Counted from the stretch's first letter, positions 39,060 to 53,324 are shown. The stretch: 64,000 bases of DNA from Carcharhinus amblyrhynchos (GCA_965287045.1 OZ336870.1:132680001-132744000); one strand, 5' to 3'. The notes: generated by a model not told the origin, from the sequence alone. Program-made: numbers and translations.

Positions 39060-42000
39060 AGAAAACTGTTCATTCTCATTTGTTCCTATTTTGTGCACAT
39101 AATCTTTGCATGTTTAGGTCTTCTATGTGTGAGTTGTTGCTGGTTTTCACTTGTCCACTCATTATTGGGGCAACCTTGCCTCTCTGGGGAATGACTGCTA
39201 GTGTGGTGAGTGTTGCTGCTATGATGATCGTTACTGCCTTTGTTGGGGAATGTTTGAACTCTGGGAATGATGGCCATTCGGTTCCCTGTGCAGTTGGTAA
39301 AATCACATGTTCCTCATTAGTTGCGTGATGTGAAGGAGTAGTGCAAAAATCTGTGGTTATGACGATAACTGGTAGTTAAGAACATAAGAACATAAGAAAT
39401 AGGAGCAGGAGTAGGCCATCTAGCCCTTCGAGCCTGCCCCGCCATTCAATAAGATCATGGCTGATCTGTTGTGGCTCAGTTCCACTTTCCCGCCCTCTCC
39501 CCATAACCCTTAATCCCCTCTCTTATCAAGAACCCATCAACCCGCTTCTTAAAAATATTTAGCGAGGCAGCCTCCACCACTTCAACGGGCAGAGAATTCC
39601 AGAGATTCACCACCCTTTGAGTGAAGAAGTTCCTCCTCAACTCCGTTCTAAACCGCCTCCCCTTTATCTTGAGGCTGTGCCCCCTAGTCCTACTGTCTTT
39701 TTTGAGCGGGAAGAGTCTCTCCACCTCTATCCTATCCATCCCATTCATCATCTTATACGTCTCAATGAGATCTCCCCTCATTCTTCTAAACTCTAACGAG
39801 TACAAGCCTAGTTTATTCAGCCTCTCCTCATAGCTCAATCCCCTCAACTCCGGTATCAGCCTAGTAAACCTCCTCTGCACTCCCTCCAGGGCCAAAATAT
39901 CCTTGCGCAGGTGCGGCGCCCAAAACTGCACACAGTACTCCAGCTGCGGCCTCACCAATGCCCTATACAGCTGCAGCAAGACCTCCCTACTTTTATATTC
40001 AATCCCCCTCGCTATTTTCACCATGTACTATTCTACATGGGTTCCAAGCTGCCAAGCAGACTGACTTTTGTTGAGAGTGTTGACTGTCTGGCTCTCCAGC
40101 TCTCAGCTTTGGCAATATTGTGGCAGTTTTATCAAAGTGTAATTTGGCTTTCTGTTGGTTTCACTTTGATTTTGTCACTCACTCCTGGTACCACTTCTGG
40201 CTTCAGTAGTCTTTTACCTTTGGAAGAGCGATTTGCGTCTGGCATAGCATCACTAAACTGGACTAGAATAGGTGTGTTTCTCATTGTACAATTGCCTTGT
40301 ACTCATGTCTGTGCTGGATTTCTTCAAATTTTTATGATCTCTTTACAATTTTCACTGTGGCCTCAATCTTTCCGTTTAACTGGGGATAGTGTGGAGATGC
40401 TTGACTTTGGCACTCGTGAACTGAGTACCGTTGATGTTCATCACAATATCAAGAATGCCATAATGATTTAAGTGTGCTTTCAGGCATTTTATGATCTTGC
40501 TGGTAGTCGTTGACATCAGCTTATCCAGCTCTCAGCAGTCTGAATACTGGTCAACTATGATGGGACAATCAGTTCCAGTGAGAGTGAAGAGGTCCACTTC
40601 AAACTTCATCCATGGTCTGTATAGGATGTCATGGGATGCTGTTTTAACTTGCTTAGTTTGATATTCATTACAACCACTGCACTGCCTGATATTATCCTTT
40701 ATCTCACTGCTCGCGTTTGGCCTATAGAGCATTTCTCCTGCCTTCCTCAGACTAGACCCAATTCTTGGTGGCTAGCATGAGTGCATTTTAGCTTTTTTCT
40801 CATCTCCTTAGGGATTATGACTCTAATTCCTTTAAACAAGATGCCATCTTGGACAGTCACTTCATACTCTTATTGCAATAGGTGTGTTCTTGATAGTGTC
40901 AGGCCATCCTTCCATCGCTACTACTTGCAGTACTTGAATGGTTGCATCTCACTGCGTAGTTTGCTTGATCAGAGCAAAATGCTTGTCTGTCAGACTTAAT
41001 GACTCAGCTGGGTTGATGACTTCCAGATTCAACAAGAAGCAACAGCATAGCATGCTCTGAAAAGTTTCACACTCTGCATTAGCAGCAAAAGATTTCTTCA
41101 AAGGGAGTGCAGCTCTTGACAGCATGTTGCGATGTACATCTATGTATTACCCCTGCTTGTACTTCTCTTCCAGTTGCTAACTTAGCAAACAAAGCAACAC
41201 CTTTGCAGTCGCTTTGGAGCAGGTAGAAGGGGTTTGCGAAAAATATTTTGAAATGGCTTTTGGTCTGACCCTACTGTTACTTTGTCTCTCCCAACAGGTA
41301 CTGATTAAAATGCTCACAAGCAAAGACAAAAGCCAGGCACCACTCCTCAGCTATCTAGCATCGTACAGCTTGTGTTAATGTTGTGCGTGCAAATGTAATT
41401 GGTTGTCCTTGCTGGGTGAGTGTTGCTCCAAGTCCTATTGCATCAGCATTACACTGCAGGGTGATTTCATCATTAACATTATAGCATTTCAGCAGTGCTG
41501 TTGTCATTATTATTTGCTTTTTTGTCCTGGGCCCCAATTGAATATTCTTTTGCAGTTAGTTTGCATGGAGGTTCATACTCTTGAAAGAAGTTCAGAATTG
41601 CAGCAAATCAGCGTGCAACCAACAGTAATCTGTTGGTTACTGCTGTCATCTTCTCAGTATCAGGGCGCACTCCTTTCACTGTCAATACGTGATCTTGCTT
41701 GTCTTCAGTCATTGGTTGCAGCTTATTGAACTTCAGATTCATCTGGTAAGTGCTTTCAGTCTCACTAGACATGGTCTGAGATGGCTTTTTATATTGTATC
41801 TCCATATCCATAGATGAGTAGATAATTCAGAATTATTTACACCCTGGGAGGATCATTGACTATCTCCTCCTGTTGGTTTTGATACTCGTTGGAAACAGTA
41901 CTAATGCCAAATGGCCTGCACAACCGAAATGGTGTCCAGAACATAGCCAGGAAACTGATACTTTCATTCAGCTTCACTTTCCAGTATCCATCCTTTGCAT

Positions 42001-43771
42001 TGGAGTTGTAAAGACCTTTGCTGTGACAAGCTGCAGCAGAATTTCTTCAATGTTTGGCATAGTTTGTGAGACCTCTTCAAAACTTTTTACAGTTCCTTGG
42101 ATCTATGCACACACTCAGCTTGCCAGATTTTTTCAATGCAACCATGCTGCTAATCCAGTCTGTAGGAGTTGTCACCTTTCTTCATTATTCCCACCTTTTT
42201 CAAGTTCTTTTATCTTGTCTTTCAGGCTGCACTTGAGAACATGAGAATTCTTCTTGGAAGATGCTAAGTTGATCTTGTACTCTTGTACTTCAAGATAATA
42301 TCCATAAGGTAGCCATCCAGGAAAACATCTTTGTAATTTTTTAAAGATTTGTTCACAGTCAAAAGCTTTGTGAGGTGCATAGTACTGTAAACTACTTCTG
42401 GCATGTGGAGGGTTGCCAATCTAAGCTTTTGACTTATTTCAGCTAAGATGAGTGGATTTTGCTCAGCATTGACCAATTGGAATTGCGGATCTGACTTTTT
42501 TCCCATTGCACAGGGTCTTAGTTCGTCCTCTTGGGGCGAGCATCATTCCATCATATAGCCTCAATTTCAGCTTTGACGTCTTTTTATGGTTACCACCTTG
42601 AGCACTTTCATACAAGTCTACAAAGCATGTGATGTTGCACATAACATCAGTGTCAGTCTGACACTTCATATTAACTTGATGGTCTTCTGCAGGCATAGTA
42701 ATAGTCATGAACCAAGTTTTCCTTGAATTTTATGCCAGTTTGCTCTGGGATGTAGAGTGAATTATCCACCATCTTTCCAGTAACCATCCTTATAGGCTTA
42801 TTTTTCTTCTTTGCAGCAAAATACATGCGTGCAAAGTGATTCAGCTTCTTGCAGTTAGAGCACTGCTTTCCCCAGAATGGACATGTTTCCTTTTGTGTGG
42901 TGTCCCCCGTAATATTTAGATCCTATATCATAGCCTTGATCTTTCTGTGGGCCCTTCTGTAAATATTTCTTCCTTTTCTCAGTTGTCTTGCACTTACAAG
43001 GTCTGGATTGTCTGTCAACTTAAATCCTCACCATCTTGAGCATCTTCACACAGGTCTGCAAAGCACATGATGTTGCACGTTGCACCAGTGTTGATCTGAC
43101 ACTTCTTATTAACTTGATGGTCTTATGCAGTCATACTAATAGTCACAAATCACATTTTCCTTGAACTTTATGCCAACTTGTTCTGGGGTGTAGAGTGAAC
43201 CATCTGCCATCTCTATTGGCTTGTTTTTCTCCTTTGCAATAAGGAGACATCGCTAGTACTCCCATCAACACTCCAACTTATGAGTAACAACCTCAGAGCC
43301 TCTGCGCATATCAGTCGTTTTCTTGAGAATAAGGTTCTGTTTTGCTAGTAGACATGCTGTCATGTTGAGATCTCGTTCCTGAGATAATTCTAACTCTGAT
43401 CAGATCTTCCTTCAGTTGTTCAAACATTCAAGATTCAGCCAGACATCTCATTCAGTAATCACATATAGACCAATATTCTCCTCCTCTTCTTGAGCTATGG
43501 TGTTGAACACGTAGCATTCATAAGTAGCAATAAAAGGTTCAAATGGATTTCAAGGCCTTCACAATTTCACAAGACTGCCTTTTCTGTCCCTCCATGAAGC
43601 TAGGCTCTTTCTGTAACACTGATAACAGAATTGCTACTTTTAATTGTTCAGCTTTCACGTTAATTATGTGGCAATTTCATAGTTCTGCCATTGAAACTGG
43701 AAGAATTTCCAAGTCATTCTGAAGTCCTCCTTCATCTTTGTAACTACAGATATTGGAAAATTCAAAGCCAT
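39060..43771 (-). mobile_element. Ty3/Gypsy LTR retrotransposon internal region, heavily decayed
   Basis: gag start MALNFP...WKFFQFQWQNYEIA at 43771; protease CQ(T/I)(D/N)T; RNase H LQCNADAIGLGATLTQQGQPITFA; integrase CSGC and RPWMKFEVDLF..IVDQYS. LTRs not identified. Confidence 0.88.
39377..40022 (-). mobile_element. CR1 LINE 3' end, young subfamily, copy 3, nested in the Gypsy element
   Basis: Open 182-aa ORF2 C-terminus; (taagaaca)n tail; Gypsy sequence on both sides. Confidence 0.95.
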
Positions 43772-43934
43772 ATTGAAACATGCAGCAGTCAGTATCCTAT
43801 ACAGAGGTGCAAACTCATGTTTTAATTATTATCTGCTGTTTCAAATTCAAACCCAGTAGGTCTAATCTAATTGGTTACCTTGAATTTGAACAGACCTTAG
43901 GAATTAACAGTTAACTGTTCTCTGCTACATTCTC

Positions 43935-44103
43935 AATGGCAACACCTCTACCAATTAGAGTTCCCTTCCTTGCTATCCAATCAGCACTCTCTTCTCATGC
44001 AGAGTAAATTGCTGTTCCCTTGCCTGTTGGGTTATCATGCAAGCTGTCTTGATGACTGCAAGACAGAAAGCTAAAACACTGTCTCTTTTTTCAACAATAC
44101 TCT
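43935..44103 (+). mobile_element. Old Penelope-type terminal repeat with degenerate hammerhead core
   Basis: ccaatcagcactctc...gtcttgatgactgcaagacagaaagct resembles CTGATGA-stem-GAAA. Confidence 0.5.
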
Positions 44104-45999
44104 AGTTCTGTGCTACCAAAAGGCAGTGAAGTTAATTTTGAGAAAATGTATGGAATCTTAATTTTCACATTATTAGAATATTTAAGAGCAGAAACAAAGC
44201 TTTGGAAAATATCTGGAATGAACCTTATTCATTTGTTGGCATCTCATTTCTATAGTAGCAAACAGTCTTATAATAAATTTAACTTAAGGTCACACATCCC
44301 TGTTGTGTGCACAGTTGCTAAATGTTGGTGATACTTTGAGAAGGATGTAGATCTCCATGATTTTGATAGTGCCAAAAGACCCTGGCCTATTGCATTAAAA
44401 AAAGGCTATAACATCAAGCATCTCCTATTCAATTGAGCGTATGAAACATTATGTCATTGGCATCATCTTCTTTGCTCTTCCCATTCCTACCCATCCCACC
44501 AATTTATTCAGTTTCCTTATCACCGCGGGTATTTTATGTATCCCACTAAGGTTGTGGCAGGAAAGGCTCCTCTGCTGGTCTGTGTGGATTGACACACTTC
44601 ATTAATTTCTCAAACTTTGCTAATTTATGCATTCCCTGAGATGGAAATTGGAGAAGTTATTTGAAATTTGTTTTTTCTTTTTGGACCACTACCAACATCT
44701 AACCAATAACAGTTCTTCATTTGTCATACAACAAGCATCTAGAATATGCCTCAACTCACCTGAGCAAGGTAAATATTAAAACTGAAATATCTTAACCAAA
44801 ATCCATCTAACACTAACACAACATTTAATGGCAATGCCATTTCCTGGAATTGTCTCCAGGATTGTCAGAAATCCCAACTGCCCATTGTGAAATATGCTAT
44901 AGTTATCTGTGTGCACACAATTATACTGTGGTTATAATTCCTCATGTAGCCAAGCAACAAGCTCAATAAAAGACAAATAAAACTCAAAACTGGCAATATT
45001 ACATAAAGGTTTATTTTGGGTTCTTCACATGCTGCTTTAAAACCATGCATTCCCAGTTAGATGTCATGCATAAGTAAAAAGGTTTTTGCCAAAACATGGC
45101 AGGCAGCCCTCTACTGGTAAACAATCTATATTGCACAATAAAGCCACTTGGCTTCTTCCATCCCATGGAAAGTTTCCAATGCCACCAAGCACAGTCAGTT
45201 CAGGGTTATCTTGAAGTGCTGAACTTCACCAAATAGCCAAAGCATTCAAAATATTAAAATTAAGGATCACATTTTCACAGCCAAAAATGTATGACTTCAT
45301 GAAGTTTGAAGAACTTGTGTGTAATTCCATGAAAAAGCAGTAAAAAGGTTCAGATGGTCTATAGCTCTACAGTATGGATCCCCCAGTGATACCAGTCCAC
45401 ATGTGGCCAGTCTTTTAACTTGCTCAAGAAAGCAAGAAACTATTGAACATAAATGACAATAACGTCTGATGGTTATGGACTTCTGCAATTTTCTTGTTGA
45501 AACACGTTATGTCCAAAATTAATTTGATTCTTGTGTTTTTTATTGTTTTTCACATTTCCCATCCTACCCTCCAGTGCACAATTGTAGCGCCTGCTATTTC
45601 TGCAGCTGACATCACTTGACTTAGAACAGACCCGCGCAGTCAAGATATGATTTTTCTAATTGCATAACTGATCAACACAACATATAATGTATTTAGCCTC
45701 GGAGCCATTATGAAGATTACTTTTTTGAATTCTTGAAATTAACTTCGTTATGCCAGGTAGCAATCTATATAATCAAAACCAGTACTAAAGAATTTCCACA
45801 TGAGGTCTTCATTTACCACACTCTTTGCTTAGAATGGTATCATGGTTTGGCACAAAATCTCTCTCCATATCCACAATATTGAATCCTTTCATCATGACAT
45901 TAAAAACTGGAATTGTGGTGTTACAATCCCGCCTAACTCCACTTCCAATCTCTACTAACGTGCATGCTATTTATTTCTAATAAGGAAAGATTTAAGGAT

Positions 46000-47044
46000 A
46001 TTAATGACAATACTCATAGGAGGCAAATTCCTATAAATGTTCCATCTCATTAATAGGGTAACTTAACTTAAAGATGATAAATAAGAATTCCAAGCTTATC
46101 ATTTTCTTCATGTCACCTGCAAAAGTTATTTTTTTCTTTAACATATGGTCTCTTTGCAGTTCTATCATATAAAATTTGGAGCCATCTTTGTTTACCATCT
46201 TTGAAAATGTTCTACAGTTTCTATATTATAGATTATATTAAAGAAAAAATGCAGGCCACAGACATGGTTTGCATTTTTGGCATATGTTAGTTCTTCTCTT
46301 GAAAGCTGTGACACGCGTCTGACTGTGAAAGCTATTATCTTGTAGTCCTAGTGATGCATCCTAACTTTCTATGAAACAGTATCATGGCCTAATCAACTTT
46401 TATATTTAATTATTTTGGGTTTATTTATTAAGGAATTAAGGGTTAGGGTGAGTGGGCAGGTAAGTGGAGCTGAGTCCATGCTAAGATCAGCCATGATTTT
46501 ATTGAATGGCAGAGCAGGCTTGAGGAGCCAGATGGCCTACTCCTGCTCCTAGTTCTTATGTTCTTATTCTAACATTTGGTCTGAAGTCCATCCTACTATG
46601 GGAACATGCCTTGAGAATGAAATGCGTAAACCAACAGGGTGTGATAACATCACTGACCCTTACTGCAAGGAAGCTGTAAATATTGGACATATGCCAGAGA
46701 CACAAATTAAGAGTTCAATGCTCATCAATAACATAACATTGTAACAGTAGGTCTGCCTTAAGAAGATGATGATTCAGTCCCTTGAGTGGATGTATGTATC
46801 AATACGTGACCCATCTCTAACTTTTTTTTCAATATACTGACATTACTTTGAGTATATTTCAAACCAGATGCAATCCAAGATATGTTGAAATATTTGACGA
46901 TTAAATGACAATACTCACAGGAGGCAAATTCCTATAAATGTTACATCTAATTAATGGGGTAACTTTAAAGATGACAAATGAGAATTCCAAGCTTATCATT
47001 TTCTTCATGTCACCTGCAAAAGTTATTGTTTTCTTTAACATATG
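46000..47044 (+). repeat. ~145-bp dispersed direct repeat (46000-46147 and 46900-47044)
   Basis: Both copies read atgacaatactca.aggaggcaaattcctataaatgtt...gaattccaagcttatcattttcttcatgtcacctgcaaaagttatt...ttaacatatg. Confidence 0.92.
46430..46568 (+). mobile_element. Short CR1 3' tail
   Basis: gatcagccatga...aatggcagagcaggcttgagg...ttcttatgttctta. Confidence 0.85.
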
Positions 47045-48620
47045 TGTTGGATATTCAGTTGTTTTAGAAGATGATCATTGTACAGTTGGACGATGTTATC
47101 CAAAAAAATAAAAACAGAAAATACTTTGACTCAGCTAGCCTTCATTTGACAAGTTGATATATAAAAAGGAACCAGTTGAGGGTAACAACTAGGTTATTTG
47201 CACCATGATGACTTTATGGAAGTCTGACTACTCAATAGATCCATAATAATTAAATGAAAGAAATTTGCACTCCTGTGTCTATAGATCATTTAGATCCTTG
47301 TTACAAAACTTTCTAAAATCAGTTTCATCAATCTCCTGCTAACCCAATCCACTTCATTTCTTCCTCCCTACTCAGAAAAGAGTGTGGAATAAGGCATTAC
47401 TTGGATGTTTAGCTGCAGCATTGGATTGGCATTCTACAATATTTGCTTTCTTTGATTATTTCTTCCACTAATCTTTGCCATCAAAATAACAGTTCCTTGT
47501 ATGCATTGTGATCATTGCCAGTTTTATAGCATTTTTAAAACTTTTAACCTTGGTGCACATGTCTACAAAAACATGCATACATTGGAAATGGAATCTCTTC
47601 AAGTCCAGGAAACTCACTAACCTTTTGTCAAGAGTGTTCTCCCACCTTAAGGCAATTCTGTCTGCTTATTTTGGTGATATCTTGAGATTATATATTGAAT
47701 CTTTATTTAGTATTGAGTGCAGTGCACTGAAAATGGCCATTCAGATTTCTGACTCAGATTCGTATTGGTTCCATAAACTTTCGCTGTAGGTCAGATATCA
47801 CAACATGGTATTATTTTAATATCACAGCTATTGCTTTAACATCAAAGGTGGATCATTTGAAATAAATGGGATAAAATGAGCATTTAAATATTGCTAATTT
47901 GAAAATTTAGGTTTAGAAGTCTTTTCTATTCTGCATCCATGCACATCTTTTTCTAGATCCCAACAGAAAGGACTGGAGACCTGCTCTGCAAAACTGTACT
48001 TTAGCTATGGCCCCTTAGTAGCAAGAAACTCCTCCAAATTTCATAAATTGTGTATCACCTTCAGTTTTCAAGTGCAATCAGGAACATTTATGAATAGAAT
48101 GTCAAACAGTTTGCTTGTGAATTTTCTAGTTTTAGGCAACTGATTGGGATCCAAGCTGGAAAGCAAAGTTGAGCAGCATGGATCCCCATGGAACCATTTG
48201 CTATTGGGACCCTTACAGGGGAAATGTTGTTATCTGGAAGTAGGTAACAAGCTTTGTCCTCTTGATTGAGGGAACTCTGCAGTACAGGGGGAAGAGGGGA
48301 AATAGGGAAAAAAACACATATATTAGCCAATGCAAAATGCATTATATAATCTTAATATAGTTTTCCCATTTCATTTCCATAAGGCATTCTTCTCGTAGTC
48401 TGTCCACCCCTTCTGATTACAACCTAAATATTTGTGAGCTATAGTTTCAGGATTTTTTGCTGGTCTCTTCAGTTACTGCATTTAATGAACTTATGAAAAT
48501 ATGAGGCTATTTTGCTGACTTTGAACAAAGAGGCTGCTAAAGGATCATGACCATATTAGCATCTGGTGCAAGATTTGAAGCACAGACTAAATGGAAAGAG
48601 GACTGGATATATAAGAAATA

Positions 48621-48752
48621 ATGTGGAGATGCCAGCATTGGATCGGGGTAAGCATAGTAATAAGTCTCACAACACCAGGTTAAAGTTCAACAGGTTTATT
48701 TTTTAAATAAACCTCTTGGACTTTAACCTGGTGTTGTGAGATTTCTTACTAT
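48621..48752. mobile_element. Second Penelope-derived hairpin, related subfamily, internally deleted
   Basis: Inverted repeat 48654-48752 (tctcacaacaccaggttaaag...ctttaacctggtgttgtgaga) with the same tail as the 28968 element, in reverse orientation. Confidence 0.85.
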
Positions 48753-51700
48753 ATGAGGAATGCTGGCAAGGCAGGATTGAATATGGTCTAGTTTGAAGAG
48801 TGCAAGAAAGCTCATAAGGTCAGTAGTTGGCAGTAATTAGATTAGACGTGGCTCACATCATGAGATGTATGCTAAACTGGAAAAAATAGAATTTGCAGTT
48901 TGACTACGAATATTTTTGGGAAATTTTAATGCAAATGTTGCATGCTTCCATTTTTCTTATCTCTCATTGTTAATATTATTTGAAGTGTTCCAACTTTTTG
49001 TAAGAAACTTAATATCCTTATTTCTATTACCTTGCTGCTCCTTGTCTAAGGGAACCAGTCACTCATTTGCAGGCATTACTGTTAAAGGAAGCCTGTGGAA
49101 TGTCAGCTGTTTCTGGCCTTGCATCACACCACTGCCTCTGGGAAGTCTTGTCCACGTTTTTGTTGTCTATGAACTTTGTTTGTCCAATACATTTCTCATC
49201 AACCTACAGGAGCTCCCAATGTGTCCTAATACCCATAAAGCCATCACATCTGTTCTTGGTAATCTCTGTTGGCTCCTTAACTCCAAATGCATTGAGTTCA
49301 AAAATCATTATAATTCTTACTTATAAATCCATCCATGACCAATCCACCTCTGCAATTTCATTCAGCCTTGCAGCTCAAGATGTAACCCTTGGCATGCCTA
49401 CAATATATCTATTTTTCAGTTATTGTCTATTTATTTCACTTCTGTGAAACACTTTGGAGTGTGCATCAAATCCATGCTTTAGAAATGAAAGTTGATATAG
49501 GAAACATATTGCCAATGCAAAAGCGATTAAAATCAAGGATATACAAGAGTCCAGAATTGGAAGAGCACAGAGATGTCATATAGTTGACGGGAAAGTTGAG
49601 ACTATGGGGTTTTAACATGGGAGTACAAATTTTAAACCTGAAGCAGTGATGAACTGACAGCCAGTATATGTCAGTGAGCATGGGGTAATGAGTGAGTGGA
49701 ACTTAGTGAAGAACTCTTGGAGGGTGAAAAATGAAAGGGAGTAACGGAAGCTGTAAATAGATCCAAGAGGGGAGAGGTCAAAAAGTAGCAAATGGAAATT
49801 AGAATTAATCTATGTGAAGTGATGCATTTAAGTTTTTAAAAAAAAGCAGAAATTATACTCTTAATGGAAGCTGGCTGGATACTATGGAAAAGAGGGATTA
49901 GGGGATTCAGCTTCTTGTGATATGGAAGGTAGACACTTTGGGTTGATGAGGGTGTAACAGAAATAGTTAAACTCCAGAATCCAATATAAAATTCTTAAGA
50001 CGTCCGTTAGAATACCATCTACACCATAGTAAGGCTTTGGAGGTTACAATGCAGATTCACCACGATGCTTGACATGAGGAAGTGCAGATATAAAATAACA
50101 CACAATAAATTGGGCCTTTTTCATTAAGGTGCAAACTTGAACTGAGCAAAATGGCATGTTTTTCATGTTGTAACCGCAAGAATCTTGACTTTCTCTAAGA
50201 ATCTCAATCACTTCCTTTCACTGTAATTAGAAAGCTGACATGTTAGGAGCCATAAGTATAATTCCATGTCCTTCCATTTATCAGTATATTATAGGTACAA
50301 TGTGCTATTTAAGGTTTTGAAACATGTTATTTTTATGCGCCTTTTCTTGTCCCTTGAAATTGACTAAATGGAAGTTTCTATATCCTAATGAAACATTATT
50401 TTTCTCTTTTAGCTCTAGCACTTTTTCTAAACTTATGAATGTTGTAGACCATCACAGTACTGACTACCTTGAATACTCTAGTTAATTTATAATTACCAGT
50501 ATGATGCCTTCCAATCTTTTTACATTGCAGTGACAGAATTGTGAAAACATCATCTTCACAGACAGATTCTACATGGAATGTGCAAATTTAACTAATATCT
50601 ATTGTGTTTTGGACTTCAATTCATATGTCAGCACTCTTTCAATCAAGTGAACTTAGTTTTGTCTCCCCATGAGCCCCCAAAAATCTGCAGGTAACCTCTG
50701 TGTCCCTCCCCCCTCAGGTGGTAATACATAATTAAGACCTAAACCCCAAAAGTTGGACTTGATTTGTGTGGGTTGCACAGTCATACTGCCACTGTTGTGC
50801 CCATTTCTGATGGAATTCTAAACTTCCCTCCATTGTGTTCATGTTGACAATTCGTCTGAAGAATATTTATTTTCTCCAGATTCCAAGCACTTTCACTACC
50901 CCTTTTCTCTCACTTTTTTTGTTGACTTAGCAATAATGGTACATCCTACGCGTCTCTGAACTTTTCTCTCACTTCCTTAAAGCATCAAATATGTTGAGTT
51001 ACATATTCTTCATTCTCCTTGCAACAACTTTGTTTTGAATTCACCTCACTGTGGGGTTTTTACCTCTTCAACCTTTCTTTGCAACTCAAAATGTCAGGCT
51101 TTCAAAGCTTATATTTAGTGCCATTTACCCAATCATTATTTCACAATTTACCATTTTTCTTCCCATTTTCACCCATGTTGGCATCCTGCATCATGTGCCT
51201 TTTATTTTAAAATACCCAGTTTGTAGAACAGGGGTGCTTTAAAAGTATGTGGTGAGAATGTTTCTTTCATGTTTGTAAAACTGACCAGGTTGTGATGTGG
51301 CAGTCTTATGAGCAATGGAATGAATGCCAACAGATGTCAACCTTTAGTTTGAGTACTTTACAATTCCTTAATGGGGAGTTCAGCACAGTTGAAGAAAGGA
51401 ACTTTCATCTTTTAAAAAATGAGAATTTAGGATGAAATGAAATTCTGCTATTTATGGATGTGTTTTCCCATTTGTGATTACAAATGTTTTGACTGTATTA
51501 TGGAAGCTTTACTGTTAAGAGAAAATAGAAAAGAAACATAAAAACAAAGTACGTGTGATAGATGAGGAAAACAGCAAAAGGAAGTGGAGGATTGATGTGG
51601 TATAATAATCATTAAGCAATGCAGAATGCCTTCAAAAATCTGTTTGCAAACCAGAAAGAGAGATTCACTGTTTGGTCTTGGGCTCACCTTTGATAGTTTA

Positions 51701-52084
51701 GCTGGTGATTAAATTGTTAGATTCTTACATGTTAGCAGTTTTGGAGGCTGTTCTCATTGTACACCACAACATGTACTTGTCAACATTGCTGATTAAAGAA
51801 TCAGCTGCTAATTTATATCTAGTTAGTGTAAGTATTACTCATGCTTGGTTTTTGAACCCTACTATAATGCAGTATTTACAAACGCATATAAATTATGTTT
51901 CAGTTAAAGCCATATTGATGTTCTGACTTGTCCACTACTTTCCAGTCTTACAATAACCTTTGATAGAGCTGGCACAAGGCTCTGTTGGTACACACTAAAT
52001 AGATGATAGTTGATCTATCACAACTACTGATTTTCAGTAACTCCTACTGATTTGATAATTTGCTGTTTAAAGTCTCATTGTTTA

Positions 52085-52420
52085 CTCCCTGAATGGCTTA
52101 GTTGGCAACTGCATGCCAAATGTGGATTTACTCTGTACAAGTGTTCAGAGTTAGCTGATCTCAGCCAGGCTAAAAGCCAAAGTTCTATAAGGAATTGAGA
52201 GAGGGAAAAATTAGTTAATCAACTGATTACTGTCCAGTAATTCCAGCTGCAGAGTGTGTATGTATGAGTGTCAGCTAGGAAACCGATTAGATTTGGCCTC
52301 CCCTAATCAGTCCTCCTAGTGCTTGTTCTTTTGGCTTACATTGAGGGATGCCCACTTGGACAATGATTAAGGAATGGCTGTCAGTGGAAGTGTATCATCA
52401 CCCAATTCAACATAGTCCGA
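52085..52420 (+). mobile_element. Old tRNA-derived SINE-like repeat
   Basis: tggcttagttgg A-box-like head and gagttagctgatctcagccagg core; a related fragment lies at ~4440-4560. Confidence 0.5.
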
Positions 52421-53302
52421 AGAGTTGGGATGGAAATCCAGCAGTACATGTGCATACATTCTGTGCCTACCTATCTCTTAGACCTTATCACTTTTGAGTT
52501 CCCCCTCAGTGGTATCAGATCCTATAACCTGCTTCATTCTCCCAGACCACAGAGCTACAATCAAATCACTTCTGGATCCCAAAGCTTTATCCCTGCTGCC
52601 AGACCCTGCGACCCTGCCCTTCTTTGGTAGTGATCATCTCCCTATCCTGACCATGCTGACATATCACTACATGATCATAATGTTTTGCCTGATACCCCAC
52701 TTCCAATAAAAGCTCAAATTCATCATGAGTAGTACCAGAGGACATCAACTTCTATATAAATAATAGAGTATGTTAGTGTGTGTATGCATATAAGTGAAAA
52801 AATATCTATTCCAGTAGTGCTTAGCTCAATATACAAGTTGGTTGCATTTCCTACACGACAGCAGTGACTACGTTTCAAAAATACTGTGGTAATGAAAAAT
52901 GCTATATAATGCAAGTGTTTCTATTCTAGAACTTCCCAGTTCGAGCACCACCTTGGTGTGCCACATTCACTGCACCAGCAGAACTTCCTCATGAACCTGT
53001 CGTTGAGTTGCAGTTTTTAATCAATTGTTCATTTCCATATTTTTGTCTTTAAATTGTTTTCTGTGGCAGCTATTAATTTAATTTGGAACAAGCTATTTTT
53101 TGAAAATAAAATAGGAACATATAAATCATGTTAATTTGAATAGAATTCTGTTGCTCTATTTTTGTGCCATAGTTCTTTACAGGCCTCCTCATAAGATAAA
53201 AGTAAAATTTTTATTGAATTTCTTTACATTTTAGCTCTTTTTGTTGCATTCTGCGCCACTCTTCAGTTTTCCACGTATTTCGTATTGATTTTTCTGAACA
53301 TC

Positions 53303-53324
53303 TATATATATATATATATATATA
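53303..53324. repeat. (TA)n microsatellite
   Basis: tatatatatatatatatatata. Confidence 0.95.
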
